Assembly (NCBI GenBank): GCA_963833985.1 | Contig: CAWIAD010000002.1 | Coordinates: forward strand, 3,648,001 to 3,712,000 | Direction: 5' to 3' | Length of the DNA: 64,000 nucleotides | From: an uncultured Planctomycetaceae bacterium | GTDB taxonomy: Bacteria; Planctomycetota; Planctomycetia; Isosphaerales; Isosphaeraceae | Shown here: one piece after another, positions 40,301 through 48,599 of the stretch | How the letters are laid out: the number at the start of each line of letters is the position of its first letter | Position numbering within the stretch: position 1 is the stretch's first letter | Notes under the pieces: model-generated | Databases searched by the model: none | Seen by the model: only the letters and a program-made list of their open reading frames with translations | What the model was told of the DNA's origin: nothing | Made by a program: the position numbers and the translations under genes

Positions 40301-40612
40301 GGTCAGAGCAAATGTCGCATCGGCAATCGCTTGGTCGAAGTGGTTTCGTCGCTTGAGGATCTCGGCGCGAATCACGTAGGGACCGGACTGCTGGGGGTCA
40401 AGGCGAATAGCTACGGCGAGATCGGCAAGCGCACGTTCCAGCTTGTTTAGCTTGCGGAGAGCCTCTGCCCGCACCAGATAGGCGGCGGTTTGCTTACTAT
40501 CCAGGCGGATCGCCTCGGTCGCTCGTTCTACCGCCTGGTGTAATTGTCCTTGTACGAGATGCAGTCTGGCTGTCTGGAGCAGTTTTTGGACCTCGGATAC
40601 TGACGTACCCAT
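37355..40612 (-). CDS. TPR-TM-WD40-PDZ protein
   Basis: N-terminal TPRs, TM helix, GH...VAFSPDG...WD repeats, and a C-terminal PDZ (LGLGL...GLAAAAGMKVGD). Confidence 0.85.
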   Translation of the reverse strand: MGTSVSEVQKLLQTARLHLVQGQLHQAVERATEAIRLDSKQTAAYLVRAEALRKLNKLERALADLAVAIRLDPQQSGPYVIRAEILKRRNHFDQAIADATFALTLEPRNAAAFSVRAECRSAIGDQEGASEDVQEMLLIDPTRPVPSSQAKRASFTSEVELGNERFWKRAGKADAKEELEIFADGKPVDKTYRSRPVVSDDEAPEALGVASGYKPETVPAPLPRIHARRSGQPILPIAVGLVCLGLLLGGYFLINQSRNAQDANQPTSQSQPSIAPLVAKPEPEPPPTVATPPAEEARAQTAVTNAVSHVALAPAERENSSTPTPADSVPSIEGIQGLEGHNGLVMSVAFSPDGKWLASASADSTVRLWNIDGDRAGNTQITLATSSTEPPKELNKVAFSPDGKWLAAAGNAGRIVLWDASKTPPRLLHILRKHIDDVLAIAFSPDGKTLATADIDNGLVYFWDLTDPRIPIKTTIPSENNGIWSLAYSPDGKSLFEGAIFNTEPRGKPSIKTGLPPEIWVWDVSQRPYIRKAAIGQNRLCIWSIVVSPDGSNIAYGDGEVVRVIDLKSTREVTTFKKHTKNVRSVAYTPDGRYLLSGSTDKTLRLWDAKTGEQVFEYGDETAPILSLALSASGRLCALARNDKVIRLLRMRGVISRQANPVTPTGSSPAVKDLGSFTLTKSGRTWNVAMPQQFTKAEIAFYRGDLSDQTLNAAWEGHLQINGKNVVKFLNGKPPNIFVFQDYTKGTAYEETNDYKRADLKRYLDVTKFLRPGDNEFHYYHEQRPDLPMGVILRISEDSPKPEPVRLRITVSKEGECRVILGRSIPDEAKLSADALTPVTNWFSTRTTQEKSGIQERASLVVHASDPKQPAGLLVYPRAFRFPCTLSLDITEFADAQLGVQFVSGSSVVTLNLQSQDGLRESATLRVAGSDVGVANGRDQKSVMVDRTIQLSRPDEVRLLLPQTQQQLAKLMTLDALFFPSKKGGPPPSGSICNVVLKARRDRPLGLGLRVDRGQVVVDRVEPDGLAAAAGMKVGDMLIVIDEKRIPVCHDSSQLPGIAIELGIKPDLRLTLLRGGEERVITVMD

Positions 40613-40738
40613 CGTTGCTCTCACTTTCCTCGAATGATCTCCTGCCTGCCGTGAGCCGATTTAAGAGGTTGCCATCCGTCACTGATCGAGGCAGTGATCC
40701 GGCTCCTACTTGGTCAATGTACTGCATCAACGGTGGTG

Positions 40739-41842
40739 TCAACGCCGCCTTCTAAGAGTCGTCTTGGGAACGTTCCACTGAAAATCTCTCAATACATAGG
40801 CGGCGGGACGCCACGCCGAACTACCATGAGCCTGAACAATCTGCATCCCGCTAGTATTCTCACACCAAGGAAAATCGTAATACCAGTAGATTGCCCCGAC
40901 GTAACCGCCATCCCTGGCGCACCCAAGAAACCTCTCTACCGTCTGGCGCTGAACGTCGTCATTTGCCGCATCCTTGCCGTCTGCGTTAAACTCTCCTAAC
41001 AAGACGGGCAGCCGAACACCCAACGAGGAAGCAGGCGGCAGCTTGCCATCAGTGTTGTACTCATGAATATCGTTGAAATCCAAACCAAGACCCGAGAAGT
41101 AACCGGACTTGACGTTCATTCCTTTAGGATGCCATCCAGAACTACAAGTGACCAAGCGCCCGGGGTCAATTCGGTGAATCAGTAATGCATTCTCTTTGAT
41201 GAATAACCGCGTGACGTGCCATGAACACCCGTTAGCGGTTTAATTTCCTTCGTTGCCAGCTACTTCTTGTTCGGGCTCGTTCTCAATGTCATAGGCGAAG
41301 ACGGTGGAATTCCCCTTGAACTGATGGACAAAGGGACGCACCACGTTGTTGAGGTAAGCCTTGCGAGCTTTGAGATCGCTGATGACTTGGGGATATCCCA
41401 TGTTTCGACAGATGGCGTTGTAGTTATTGGCAAGGCAAAAATAGACGTGGAGGTGATGCTTGGTAGCCAAGTCTACAACTTTGTGAAAGTTGTTCCTTAT
41501 CTGGTCGCTAACCTTGCTGGCATAGCCATTCTCAAATTCGATGCCCTCCAAGTCCTCGAAGACAAAGATCCTGACGACATTCAGATTCATACGTGCCATG
41601 TCTGCGAAGTAGGCATTCAGATCGGCTTGGTCCTTCTCATTCTCAAACGCAACACCCCAATCGGGATGCTCTTGAGATCGCCCGAAGTCATGTCCGTACG
41701 ACCCGTTCAGCCAGGCTAGGTTGATCCCTCGAATGGGCTGCGGTCTACCGTCCAATTTCAGGAGCTTGGTCTGGGCAAGCAGGGGATTCGCAGAACCCCA
41801 AAGCACGAGAAACGCTGCTAACAGTCGGCTGCACGGTTTCAT
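40739..41842 (-). pseudogene. Secreted clan GH-A (GH5-like) glycoside hydrolase with an in-frame stop
   Basis: Acid/base motif IENEPE and nucleophile motif PVLLGEF in one frame; TAA at 41240-41242. Confidence 0.8.
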
Positions 41843-41913
41843 GGTTATCTCCAGTGTCAGCGCATATGCCTCTTGCCGCTAAGCTCGGGGTCGGAAGGCA
41901 CGTCACTTACTCA

Positions 41914-42165
41914 TTAGATCGTCATCCCATCTGGCGAGAGCCAGGGACACAAGTCCCTCTTCGGTGTGTTGATCTCGGTAAGGTTGGCGATCTCGGATGA
42001 CGCAATCGGACTGGCTCGGGGAACTTCACGTGCCATTGAGCCTGCGCTCCTATCAGCCAGATCGTAGACCCTCGCTTTTCCGACCGCCTCCTGGAGTTGT
42101 CCCTGCGCCGGATGCAACCTCGCAGTCTGGAGAAGTCGTTCGACCTCGGTAGCGGACGGACTCAT
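41914..42165 (-). pseudogene. Collapsed third TPR paralogue: N-terminus joined to a PD40/TolB-like fragment
   Basis: MSPSATEVERLLQTARLH... followed by INTPKRDLCPWLSPDG. Confidence 0.7.
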
Positions 42166-42223
42166 CGACGCCCTCTCTTTCCTCGAATGATCTCCTAGTT
42201 GCCGGCAGGCAACTTGTAATGCC

Positions 42224-43609
42224 CTACCGTTCAGACGAACGCTTCAGAGACAGCGAGATCATCAACGTGTTGGGAGCCTGATAGGAGCGAAGACTCCTCG
42301 GTCTCTCACTGGTTTCGCTTGCGTTGTAGACGTAGCACATCCGTAGCGTGTCGCCGTCTAATTCGTAGATACCCTTGAACCATTGGTGCCCGCCGAGTGG
42401 TCCCTTCCCGTGAAAGTCGAAGGTTCGTGCTGCCTGATCGATTTTTATATTGCCAACGTAAACCCCGTTCTTGCCCTCTCTGATCCGGGACATTACGAAG
42501 TTGTCACCCGAGATGGTGATCCGACGTTCCTGGGTGATTGGGTCCGCCACACCGTTGGACTCCTCGGTAACCATGACCCAATGACCTTGAAGCTGGTTGA
42601 GGACATCCAGGGGCGCTTTAGAGGTCTCGAAGCCAGCCGGGTCTATCTGCGCCGGAATGGAAGCTGACGGCAAAGCCGCCACCCTAGGTAGCGTGAAAGG
42701 GTCCGAGGACTTGACTTCGAGAGTCTCGCCGGTGTGTTGGATCGGAACGCTCGGATTCCCACGCTGCTGCACTGTCGGCTCGGGGGAGGTGTTCTGCGTG
42801 AGTGATGGTGCCCTCGCGGCTTCGGGAGCGACCGGACCTCGGTTCGGCATCAAGAACCCGATGAAGCCAGCGCCAGCAAGCCCAAGCAAGATCCACAGCC
42901 AGGTAGGGTTGCTCCCCTGCCGTGTTGCGCGGATACGAGGAAGAGGAGTCGGAACTGTCTCGGTCTTATAGCCACTGGCTACTCCTAGGGCTTCCGGCGC
43001 ATCTTCATCACTAATGACACGGCGTGATCGGTAGGACGTATCAACTGGCTTACCATCCGCGAACACCGCTCTGTCGTCCCGGACCTTACTGCCTGCCTCC
43101 TTCCAGAAGCGCTCATCATCTGACCCAATCTTGGGAGCGGAGTCGCCGGGTGGAACCCTTGTCCCAAGGGTCGGCACTGGACGGGTGGGATCGATGAGGA
43201 GCATCTCCTGCACGTCCTCGTTGGCTCCTTCCACATCCCCGATGGCGCTACGGCATTCCGCTCGTATCGAGAACGCGGCTGAATTACGTGGATCGATGGT
43301 CAGGGCATACGTGGCGTCGGCGATAGCCTGGTCGAAGTGGTTCCGCCGCTTGAGGATCTCGGCACGAATAACGAATGGACTAGGGTTTTGAGGGTCAAAA
43401 CGTATGGCGACAGCAAGATCGGCAAGAGCCCGGTCAGGGTGCTTGAGCCTACGGTGGGCTTCTGCCCGCACCAGATAAGCGGCGGGTTGCTTGCCGTCTC
43501 GGCGGATCGCCTCGGTTGCCTGCCCGACTGCTTCGTGAAGTTCACCCTTACCCAGATGCAGCCTCGCAGCCTGGAGCAGTCGGTCGACCTCGGTAGCGGG
43601 CGAACTCAT
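42224..43609 (-). CDS. TPR-TM protein with a C-terminal Planctomycete TIGR03067-like domain
   Basis: TPR N-terminus paralogous to 37355-40612; LQGHW...GIYELDGDTLRMCY. Confidence 0.8.
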   Translation of the reverse strand: MSSPATEVDRLLQAARLHLGKGELHEAVGQATEAIRRDGKQPAAYLVRAEAHRRLKHPDRALADLAVAIRFDPQNPSPFVIRAEILKRRNHFDQAIADATYALTIDPRNSAAFSIRAECRSAIGDVEGANEDVQEMLLIDPTRPVPTLGTRVPPGDSAPKIGSDDERFWKEAGSKVRDDRAVFADGKPVDTSYRSRRVISDEDAPEALGVASGYKTETVPTPLPRIRATRQGSNPTWLWILLGLAGAGFIGFLMPNRGPVAPEAARAPSLTQNTSPEPTVQQRGNPSVPIQHTGETLEVKSSDPFTLPRVAALPSASIPAQIDPAGFETSKAPLDVLNQLQGHWVMVTEESNGVADPITQERRITISGDNFVMSRIREGKNGVYVGNIKIDQAARTFDFHGKGPLGGHQWFKGIYELDGDTLRMCYVYNASETSERPRSLRSYQAPNTLMISLSLKRSSER

Positions 43610-43904
43610 CGTCGCCTTCTTTCCTCGAATGATCACCTGCCTGCCGCCAAACAACTGAACCTGTTGCGCTGAGTCCCACGCCCTCGTGAATGACGGTCCC
43701 AGCCCCAACGACCGCTTCTGGCTACCTGGGAAAGCGGAAGCAGATGGCAATCAGGCTCACCAGTCGCGCGATCCCGGTGAGAGAACGGTCGCCCCTCTCG
43801 GCGGTGTCAGTCCACGACACCCAGGGCTGACGGGCGACCACGCCCGCACTCCTTCCATGATAAAATGCGCCGGGGCTGAATACTAGTTATTGTCTGTCTA
43901 TTTA

Positions 43905-43920
43905 TCGACTGTCGAGTCGA
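43905..43920. promoter_or_regulatory. Palindrome TCGACT-N4-AGTCGA, candidate operator of the XRE regulator
   Basis: Perfect 6-bp inverted repeat immediately upstream of the AAGGAGG preceding the HTH gene. Confidence 0.4.
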
Positions 43921-43948
43921 AGGAGGCACCCATCATAAACTCGCCCCG

Positions 43949-44185
43949 ATGCAAGACATCCGCAAACGCTTCGGAGACCGCATCCGAGCACTCCGCAACG
44001 ACCGATGCTGGTCGCAGGAGGAGCTTGCCGACCGGGCGGGCTTGCACCGCACGTACATCGGCTCGGTTGAACGCGGCGAACAAAACCTCAGCCTGGTCAA
44101 CATCGAGCGGCTCGCCGCCACTCTGGGCGTGTCCCTGGCTGAGTTGTTCGCTCCTTTCGCAGACCAGCCCGCCCCGCCTTCCTGA
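43949..44185 (+). CDS. XRE-family HTH regulator (controller-protein-like)
   Basis: FGDRIRALR..WSQEELADRAGLHRTYIGSVERGEQNLSL. Confidence 0.9.
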   Translation: MQDIRKRFGDRIRALRNDRCWSQEELADRAGLHRTYIGSVERGEQNLSLVNIERLAATLGVSLAELFAPFADQPAPPS

Positions 44186-44309
44186 ATCCCCGACCAGGCA
44201 ATGCGCCCTGGACTCGCTGACACCGCCGAGCGTCCCGGACGACCGCTCCCCGACCTCCTCCGTGGACTTGGGGATTGCCAGGCGGTCCTGGGTGGGAGGC
44301 TCGGTGTTG

Positions 44310-44681
44310 ATGTCTCGGAAGCTTGACGAGAGGCTCAGGATGGTCCTGGCGATCGCTGAGGCGATGCGGCATGAGTTCGGCGTGGGGATCGACGCTCATC
44401 CCGGAGGACAAGGGATCGAAGCGGGGTCGATCAACAGAGCGCTCCGGGTGGCTGCCAGGACGATCGTCGCCGATGTCACCACGGAAGGGGACGACACGGC
44501 GAAGCTCTTGACGCAGGTTTTACGGCAGGCAGCGCTACGGCGGCTGACGGAACTTGGCGTACGGCTGGAAGACGCTGAGGTATTGATCTGTTCAGAGCCG
44601 AAGCTGGGGGACCGCTGGATCACTTACCTGGCGCTCGCCCCGGTTGCAGTCATCGATGATCTGCTTGATCATCGACACTGA
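44310..44681 (+). CDS. Hypothetical protein
   Basis: GGGAGG RBS; downstream of the motif at 44218. Confidence 0.55.
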   Translation: MSRKLDERLRMVLAIAEAMRHEFGVGIDAHPGGQGIEAGSINRALRVAARTIVADVTTEGDDTAKLLTQVLRQAALRRLTELGVRLEDAEVLICSEPKLGDRWITYLALAPVAVIDDLLDHRH

Positions 44682-44694
44682 ACTCACTTTGCTA

Positions 44695-45363
44695 GCCCTG
44701 GCGTGCTGGACGCCAAGTCGCAAGTCCTTAAAGCCAACCCCCGCCAGCCTTTATCTTGTCAATCTCGTCGATGAACACGATGCCCCTTTGTGCGGCTTCC
44801 AGGTCACCACCGGCAGCTTGGATCAATCTGACGAGCAGGCTTTCCACGTCCTCACCGACGTAGCCAGCCTCGGTGAGAGACGTGGCATCACCAATCGCGA
44901 TGGGAACGTTGAGGTAACTTGCCAGGCTTCTGACTAGGTGGGTTTTGCCTGAGCCCGAGGGACCGATCAGGAGGATGTTGCTCTTCTCGATTCGCACATC
45001 CCGTAGGTCGCGGTCAGCGATTATCGGGTCGGGAGCGTCACGATCCCAGGCATCGATGAGACGCTTGTAGTGGTTGGTGACTCCAAGCGCGAGTCGCCTT
45101 TTGGCGATCTCTTGCCCGATGACGTATTGGTCAAGATGAGCAACCAGGGACTTGGGGGAAGGGATCGACGCGAGACGCGCCTCACGGGAGGGGGGATCAG
45201 CGGGTGGGGTTGGCTCGGGGACTGGCTGGGGAGTGATCTCGGTGACCGCCTGGGCGGCACAGGTGCCACAGATGCGGATTGGATTGTCCCACACGCCGCC
45301 CTCGAAAAGCTGGGTGGTCACTTGTTTGCCGAAGTCACAGGAAGAAGGTTGGTCATCGGGCAT
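44695..45363 (-). pseudogene. clpX: Truncated ClpX paralogue
   Basis: [42 protein letters not shown] and FIDEIDKI. A frameshift near 44740 continues as [12 protein letters not shown]; the C-terminal half is missing. Confidence 0.85.
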
Positions 45364-45701
45364 GGGGACACCGGGGATCAGAGGCGTACCGCGACCACCA
45401 CGATGGCAGTCGGATGCCCCCTCCGTCGGTGTCAGGCACTTGTGAGCCGATAGCTTGCAGGTCCGAAGGGAGGATGGGTCGGGCTGGCACTGGGCGGTGA
45501 TTTGAAGACCGGTACAGCCGGGGCGTGCTTCACTTGAGGGGTGCTCGGGAGGTGGGCTCTAGCAAAGGCTGATCCGGGTATTGACTCTCTTGAATCGAGA
45601 TTCGTCCGTACTCCGGTGAAGTACCCGGGAGTTAGGGTGAAAGCGAGTATCAGATCGTTGATGGATGGACTTGCGGCGGAACGCAGGGAACGTTGCAGGA
45701 C

Positions 45702-45729
45702 AAAAAAACCCTGGCGGTATGCCAGGGTT
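45702..45729 (-). terminator. Rho-independent terminator downstream of tRNA-Ala
   Basis: Minus strand AACCCTGGC-ATACC-GCCAGGGTT followed by a T run. Confidence 0.65.
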
Positions 45730-45825
45730 CTTCTCGAAGCTCTCTAATTCTTCGGTTCCAGTGGTCTGTCAGGAGGTGCCATCTGAGGTCCGTAGATGAT
45801 GCCAACCTCCCTTTTGCCTTCCCGT

Positions 45826-45861
45826 TTTATCACAGGATTTATCACAGAATTTATCACAAAA
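45826..45861. repeat. Three tandem 12-bp repeats TTTATCACARRA, probable integrase arm-type sites
   Basis: TTTATCACAGGA, TTTATCACAGAA, TTTATCACAAAA, 40 bp from the tRNA 3' end. Confidence 0.7.
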
Positions 45862-45899
45862 TTGGCTTGTCGCAAGTCCTTATGGCTATTGGCTTTAGG

Positions 45900-45975
<76 letters not shown>

Positions 45976-46135
45976 TGTGTCGAGCAATACCGCGACCGGA
46001 AACATCGGTCGTCGCTCGCTTTTCATCAGCAAGAACCATCATAGCCTCCATCCCGATCCGGTTCAATCTCTTCATGGGACGATCTCGACCAGGGGTCGGC
46101 TAGGCGGCCGGCATACGCCCGGAGACTCGGGGCGG

Positions 46136-47632
46136 TCATGCCAGGATGTGCGCGGTGGGGATGCCCGCTTGCCGCTCGGCGTTGAGGATGGCGTCGAACG
46201 CGGCCGACTTGTAGAGACCGCCGAGCGTGGGAAGGTTGAAGCAGGTCTCGTCGAACATCTTCGCCCGGCCGTGCGCAAGCATGGCCATCATGCCAATGTG
46301 CACCACGTCGGTGGCCTGCTCGCCGATGATGTGCGCTCCGAGGAGTTCCAGGTCGGGAAGGCCGAACAGCAGCTTCAGGAAGCCGCTCGTGTCTCCGCAG
46401 ATGCGCCCCCTTGCGTTGTCGGCATAGGACGCGTGGCCAACCACGTAACCGATACCCTTTGACTTGAGGGAATCCTCCGTCTCGCCGACCATGCCGATCT
46501 CGGGAATTGTCCAGATCCCGTGCGGCAGGATCTGTGGATTACCCTCGTAGACACCAAAGCCGAAGGCGTGCCGCACGGCACGTCGGGCTTGCTCCATGCT
46601 CGTCGAGGCGAGGGCCGGAAAACCGATCACGTCGCCAGCGGCATAGATGTGGGGGATGTTCGTACGGAAGGAATCATCCACGGTGACGAGGCCGTGATCG
46701 CCCAGAGTGACCCCTGCGGCTTCCAGGTTCAGTCCGGCCGTATTGCTGTGCCTCCCCACAGCCACGAGGACCTCGTCGACCGTGAGCACCTGGCCCGAGC
46801 TGAGTTTGAGCAGGAACTGAGCAGGCTTGCCCTGCGCCGGAGGTTCCTGCCTGGTGCACGACTCGGCGCGCTCCTTCCAGTGGAAGACGATACCGCTTCG
46901 TTCCATCTGGGCGACCAGAGCACGCGAGATCGCACTGTCAAGGAACGGCATCAGCACGTCGCGACTATCAATAATATGAACCTCGGTCCCGAGCGCGGCG
47001 AAGGTGCACGCGTATTCACTGCCGATGGTTCCGGCACCGACGACGGCCATGGTCCGGGGGATGACCACCAGGTCGAGCAGCGTGTCGGAATCGTACACGC
47101 CCGGTCCGAAGGGGAACATCGCCGGGCGGACGGGTGACGAGCCGGTTGCAATGAGAATCGTTTCACCGCGGAGGCGGATCTCGCCGTCGTTGCTGGCCGC
47201 CTCCACCTTGTGCTGGTCTTGCGCCTGGCTTCGAGGAATCGTCTGCACCCGCACCGTGTGCGCGTCCTCGAACGTGGCGTCCCCGAAGACGACATCGGCG
47301 TGAAAGGCATCAAGCTGCTGAGCAAACTGGGCGTTGAGGCCGCTCTTCACCCGGCGTTCATGCCTCAGGAAGTCTCCGACCGTCGCCTCGCGGCGAAGCG
47401 AGAGATCCACGCCGTAAAGATCACGCGAGCGTAGGCCGGACAGGGCCACGGCCGTCTCGCGCAGGGTCTTGCTCGGCACTGTCCCGGTGTTCGCGCCTGC
47501 GCCTCCGAGCTCGTGATGACGATCCACGAGGGCCACCGTCTTGCCCAGGATTCGTGCGGTCGCGACTCCGTTGAGCCCCGCGGGCCCGCCGCCAATCACG
47601 ATCAAGTCGTACGATCGGAGCTCATCAGTCAT
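46136..47632 (-). CDS. sthA: Soluble pyridine nucleotide transhydrogenase
   Basis: YDLIVIGGGPAG, NTGTVPSKTLRE, AAGDVIGFPALASTSMEQ and FNLPTL...YK.AA. Confidence 0.88.
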   Translation of the reverse strand: MTDELRSYDLIVIGGGPAGLNGVATARILGKTVALVDRHHELGGAGANTGTVPSKTLRETAVALSGLRSRDLYGVDLSLRREATVGDFLRHERRVKSGLNAQFAQQLDAFHADVVFGDATFEDAHTVRVQTIPRSQAQDQHKVEAASNDGEIRLRGETILIATGSSPVRPAMFPFGPGVYDSDTLLDLVVIPRTMAVVGAGTIGSEYACTFAALGTEVHIIDSRDVLMPFLDSAISRALVAQMERSGIVFHWKERAESCTRQEPPAQGKPAQFLLKLSSGQVLTVDEVLVAVGRHSNTAGLNLEAAGVTLGDHGLVTVDDSFRTNIPHIYAAGDVIGFPALASTSMEQARRAVRHAFGFGVYEGNPQILPHGIWTIPEIGMVGETEDSLKSKGIGYVVGHASYADNARGRICGDTSGFLKLLFGLPDLELLGAHIIGEQATDVVHIGMMAMLAHGRAKMFDETCFNLPTLGGLYKSAAFDAILNAERQAGIPTAHILA

Positions 47633-47858
47633 CGTGGTCCTCGGAATTGGCTTCCCGGTCGGCTCCTGGAGTGCAAAGCGCATTCCCGATCCAGGCCGTG
47701 ATCGCTCGCAGGTGATCATCGCGCTCACAGCGGGCCGGGTCAATCGCGATTCCACGGAACAGCACGAGCGTGGACGCTTTCCGCGTCTTTGGAATCGCGA
47801 AACGCATCCACGCTCGAAGTTCGATAGGCCAGGACGGGCTGCTCGGGGCGGGAACCGA

Positions 47859-48599
47859 TCAGCTTACCGGGTTGCATGCTTCGGAGAAGTGCGCCATGTC
47901 CTGAGCGACGGCAAGTGAGAGCGACGGAGAAACCGATGGCTTGGGTGCTCTGGAGTCGGCGAACAGAGGAAACCTGAAGAAGCGGGCGATGCTTCCGGGA
48001 GAGACCGCGAGGATATGAGGCACGGTGGCCAGGATGATGCGGATATCGAGCCAGAGACACCAGTGATCCACGTAGTGCAGGTCAAAGTCGAGCTTGCTGC
48101 GGACCATGTTGAGGTCGGTGTCGGGCGGCTGCAAGACCTGCGCCAGACCTGTCAGACCGGGACGGACGTCGAGACGACGGCAATACCTCGGCAGCGCCTT
48201 CTCGAGCTGGACAATGATTTCGGGCCGTTCCGGCCGGGGTCCGACCAGGCTCATGTTTCCCTGAAGGATATTCACCAGCTGCGGAAGCTCATCAAGGTGC
48301 GTGCAACGGAGCAGCTTGCCGACGGGAGTCACCCTTGGATCTCCGGGCAAGCACCAGCGGGCTCCCTCAGGCTCGCTATCGAGATACATGGTGCGGATCT
48401 TGTAGATCGTGAATGGCTGCCCTTTCCGGCCCAGCCGTTTCTGAGCGTAGATTACCGAGCCTCTCGAGGTCATACGGACAAGTACCAGAGCGACGACGAT
48501 GATGGGCATCGCGGCGATAAGCATCAGTAGCGCGAGAAGGAACTCAAGCAGGTCCTTGATCTGGCGCGAAGGCGGATCAAGGACCGTCTCCGGCGCCAT
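47859..48599 (-). CDS. Bacterial sugar transferase (priming glycosyltransferase)
   Basis: YKIRTM, DPRVTPVG, LDELPQL, MSLVGPRPE and RPGLTGLAQV. Confidence 0.9.
   Translation of the reverse strand: MAPETVLDPPSRQIKDLLEFLLALLMLIAAMPIIVVALVLVRMTSRGSVIYAQKRLGRKGQPFTIYKIRTMYLDSEPEGARWCLPGDPRVTPVGKLLRCTHLDELPQLVNILQGNMSLVGPRPERPEIIVQLEKALPRYCRRLDVRPGLTGLAQVLQPPDTDLNMVRSKLDFDLHYVDHWCLWLDIRIILATVPHILAVSPGSIARFFRFPLFADSRAPKPSVSPSLSLAVAQDMAHFSEACNPVS

Larger units (their letters stand above)
19190..45434. promoter_or_regulatory. Dispersed, gene-oriented motif YGACACCGMCGA (~24 copies), usually followed by a hairpin and an RBS
   Basis: + copies start at 19530, 24321, 24529, 24830, 25497, 25688, 25794 (partial), 26086, 26546, 27486, 28915, 29448, 29842, 30458, 30762, 31035, 31913, 33262, 33858 and 44218. 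- copies at 19190-19201, 19289-19300, 43798-43809 and 45423-45434. Confidence 0.85.

Noticed and set aside
8934..41242. Stop-codon reassignment or selenocysteine
   Set aside because: Both TAA and TGA occur internally and both terminate intact genes in the window; the affected genes show other decay.
43949..44185. Restriction-modification system implied by the controller-like HTH
   Set aside because: No methyltransferase or endonuclease is adjacent.
44717..44730. 14-bp match GTCGCAAGTCCTTA to 45869-45882 as a second att site
   Set aside because: It lies within the frameshifted clpX coding continuation (FKDLRL) and contains no tRNA sequence.
45826..45861. DnaA boxes / oriC
   Set aside because: TTATCACA lacks a base relative to TTATCCACA; the position beside a tRNA 3' end fits arm-type sites better.
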